Shown: piece by piece, positions 29,170 to 64,000 of the stretch
How the letters are laid out: every line of letters begins with the position of its first letter
Numbering within the stretch: position 1 is the stretch's first letter
Notes under the pieces: model-generated
What the model was told of the DNA's origin: nothing
Database searches by the model: none
Seen by the model: the letters and a program-made list of their open reading frames with translations, nothing else
Assembly: GCA_964016885.1 (NCBI GenBank)
Contig: OZ024765.1
Location: 1,116,001-1,180,000, forward strand
Length of the DNA: 64,000 bases
Direction: 5' to 3'
Origin: Eledone cirrhosa
Lineage: Eukaryota
Translations under genes and position numbers: made by a program

Positions 29170-29885
29170 CCGTATATGCCAGTGTACAGGTCGACATTTG
29201 GAGCCTAATAATACCTCTTCAGGACCAGGGATCGACTTGTCTACCGAATATAAAATGTGAACCTTTACCACTGAAGGATAAACAGTGAAACTACCGGCCT
29301 AACACTCGCTGTAGACCAATTACCATAACTCTAGCAGCCCAGGAACCTAAAAATATCTCTCCAAACCCAGGGTTTGACTTGTCTACCGAATATAAAATGT
29401 GAACCTTTACCACCGAGATGTAAACCGTGAAACTGCCTGCCTAACACTCGCTGTACACCACTTATCATAACTCTAGCAGCCCACCACAATTATTTCCTAC
29501 CGAATCTCATATTTGTTAAGTCTATTTAACAGAGATTATAGTAATATCAATATCTTGCTGTAGTTCATAGCGTAGGTTACCATAGGGTAGGTGACCGTAG
29601 AGTAGGTTATCGTAGGGTAGGTTACCGTAGGGTAGGTTACCATAGGTTCATTAAGGTTATGCTGGGCTGATTTACTCAGCGAGTGAGAACACACTTGCTA
29701 CTGAAGTGTTTTAGAAGTCTCAGCCTTTAGCATGCCACTAAATTTTTTGAATTATTTCCCCTTGCAACTGCCTTATTTTTGGGGAGTTGTCTTATCCAGC
29801 AAATATAGGCCTAAACCTGAATTACACCTCAGAATTTTAGGGGTCAACCTAAGCACCAGATAGACTTGTACGCCGGCATATACGG
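29170..29885. mobile_element. pogo/Tigger-like MITE
   Basis: TIRs CCGTATATGCCAGTGTACAGGTC / GACTTGTACGCCGGCATATACGG|TA; internal ~120-bp duplication. Confidence 0.75.
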
Positions 29886-30094
29886 TATTAAAAAAAATAT
29901 TAAATCATGGGGGAAGAATTCGGGTGGGGGTCTTAATTGTCTCCCTTTTTTTGTTTTGTAGCTCTTCTTTTTTTGGTTTATTGTTTGCAATAATGGCCGT
30001 GTTGTTATTCAGAATTTTTTTTTTCTAAAAACACCAAATTTTTGTTATTTCGACCAAACCCTCAACTTTTTCAAATTTTAATTGGAGAGGAGAG

Positions 30095-30485
30095 GGTGAT
30101 GAATTGTGGGAAGGGAAGGAGTGCTGATGAATTGTGGGAAGGAAGTGAGGAGTGATGAATTGTGGGAAGGGAGTGCTGATGAATTATGGGAAGAGAATGC
30201 TGATGAATTATGGGAAGTGAGGAGTGATGAATTATGGGAAGGAATTGAAGAGTGAATTATGGGAAGGGAATACTGATGAATTATGGGAAGGGAGTGCTAA
30301 GGAATTATGGGAAGGAAGTGCTGAGGAATTATGGGAAGGGAGTGCTGAGGAATTATGGGAAGTGAGGAGTGATGAATTATGGGAAGGAAGTGAAGAGTGA
30401 ATTATGGGAAGGGAATGCTGATGAATTATGGGAAGGGAATGCTAAGGAATTATGGGAAGGGAGTGCTGAGGAATTATGGGAAGGG
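30095..30485. repeat. ~24-bp minisatellite GATGAATTATGGGAAGGGAGTGCT, downstream of the USP20 stop codon
   Basis: About 16 diverged units. Confidence 0.88.
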
Positions 30486-30749
30486 CTACATTTTTCTGTG
30501 TACATTTTTTTATCATTTCTTTTTAGTTTAAACTTAAGAAATTTAAATTGAATTAAATTAATTTTTGAATTAAATTTTTTTTTTTAAATGGGGAGAAAAT
30601 TAATTGAAATTATAATTAAATTAAATTTTAAAAAAAATAAATAAATAAAATTAATCTAATTTTTTTTAAAATAAGTAATTTAAAATTAAAATTAGATTAA
30701 ATTAAATTAAATTAAATTAAAAAGAATTAAATTTTTAAAATATGAAATT

Positions 30750-63468
<32,719 letters not shown>

Positions 63469-63645
63469 TATAGCTTCGGTTGGGGCACTCTACAAAGAAA
63501 ACAAAACAAAAAACAGCAATTATTTTTTCTTTACTTCATCCTTAGGGGTCGATAAAATAAAGTACCAGTAATGCACTGGGGTAATTGCTGGCCTTGTGGC
63601 TAAAGTAGAAGCAATTATTTCTTCATTAGACAAAAGGCCAGCAAT

Positions 63646-63676
<31 letters not shown>

Positions 63677-64000
63677 CAAAGGAAAGGATGGAAGGTTGAT
63701 TAAATCAACCCAGTGCATACTGGTACTTTATTTTATCAACCCCAGTGCATTACTGGTACTTTATTTTATCAACCCCAGTGCATTACTGGTACTTTATTTT
63801 ATCGACCAGACAAGGATGAAGACAAAGCTAACTTCGGCAGGATTTGAACACAGAACGTAAAGGGTCGTAACTCTGTGCCGTGAAGCATGTTGTCCGATGC
63901 TCTACCGATTCTGACAACAATAACAACTAGTAGGAATTGTTTCTACTTCAGGCACAAGGCCAGCAATTTGAAGGGGAGGAGAAAGTCAATTAAATCGACC

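Noticed and set aside
30095-30485. Repeated CTGATGA in the 24-bp minisatellite as hammerhead cores
   Set aside because: No helix II and no GAAA/NUH arrangement.

Overview
Eukaryotic, very AT-rich, microsatellite-saturated DNA. The (TA)n/(CA)n load and the SINE/LINE types suggest a coleoid cephalopod such as Octopus; this is an inference. Two protein-coding genes converge. (1) A USP20/USP33-type deubiquitinase on the minus strand. I traced all 21 coding exons from ATG 63468 to stop 30750, all GT-AG and phase-consistent, giving about 1330 aa with a ~380-aa low-complexity tail ending in DTRL. (2) An intronless P-loop sulfotransferase-fold ORF on the plus strand (about 20013/20181-21554). The rest is mobile or repeated DNA: a 5'-truncated but stop-free RTE-type LINE with a C4HC3 PHD finger inside its RT region, its partner CORE-type SINE, a Nin/Deu-domain-like SINE, Tx1-like LINE ends sitting in (GATA)n, TTAA (piggyBac-like) and pogo/mariner-like MITEs, and many satellites derived from these elements. 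At least four distinct families of minimal type I hammerhead-ribozyme motifs also occur, in short (TA)n-embedded repeats, some with compensatory helix changes between copies. Most ORF-track entries are microsatellite artefacts.
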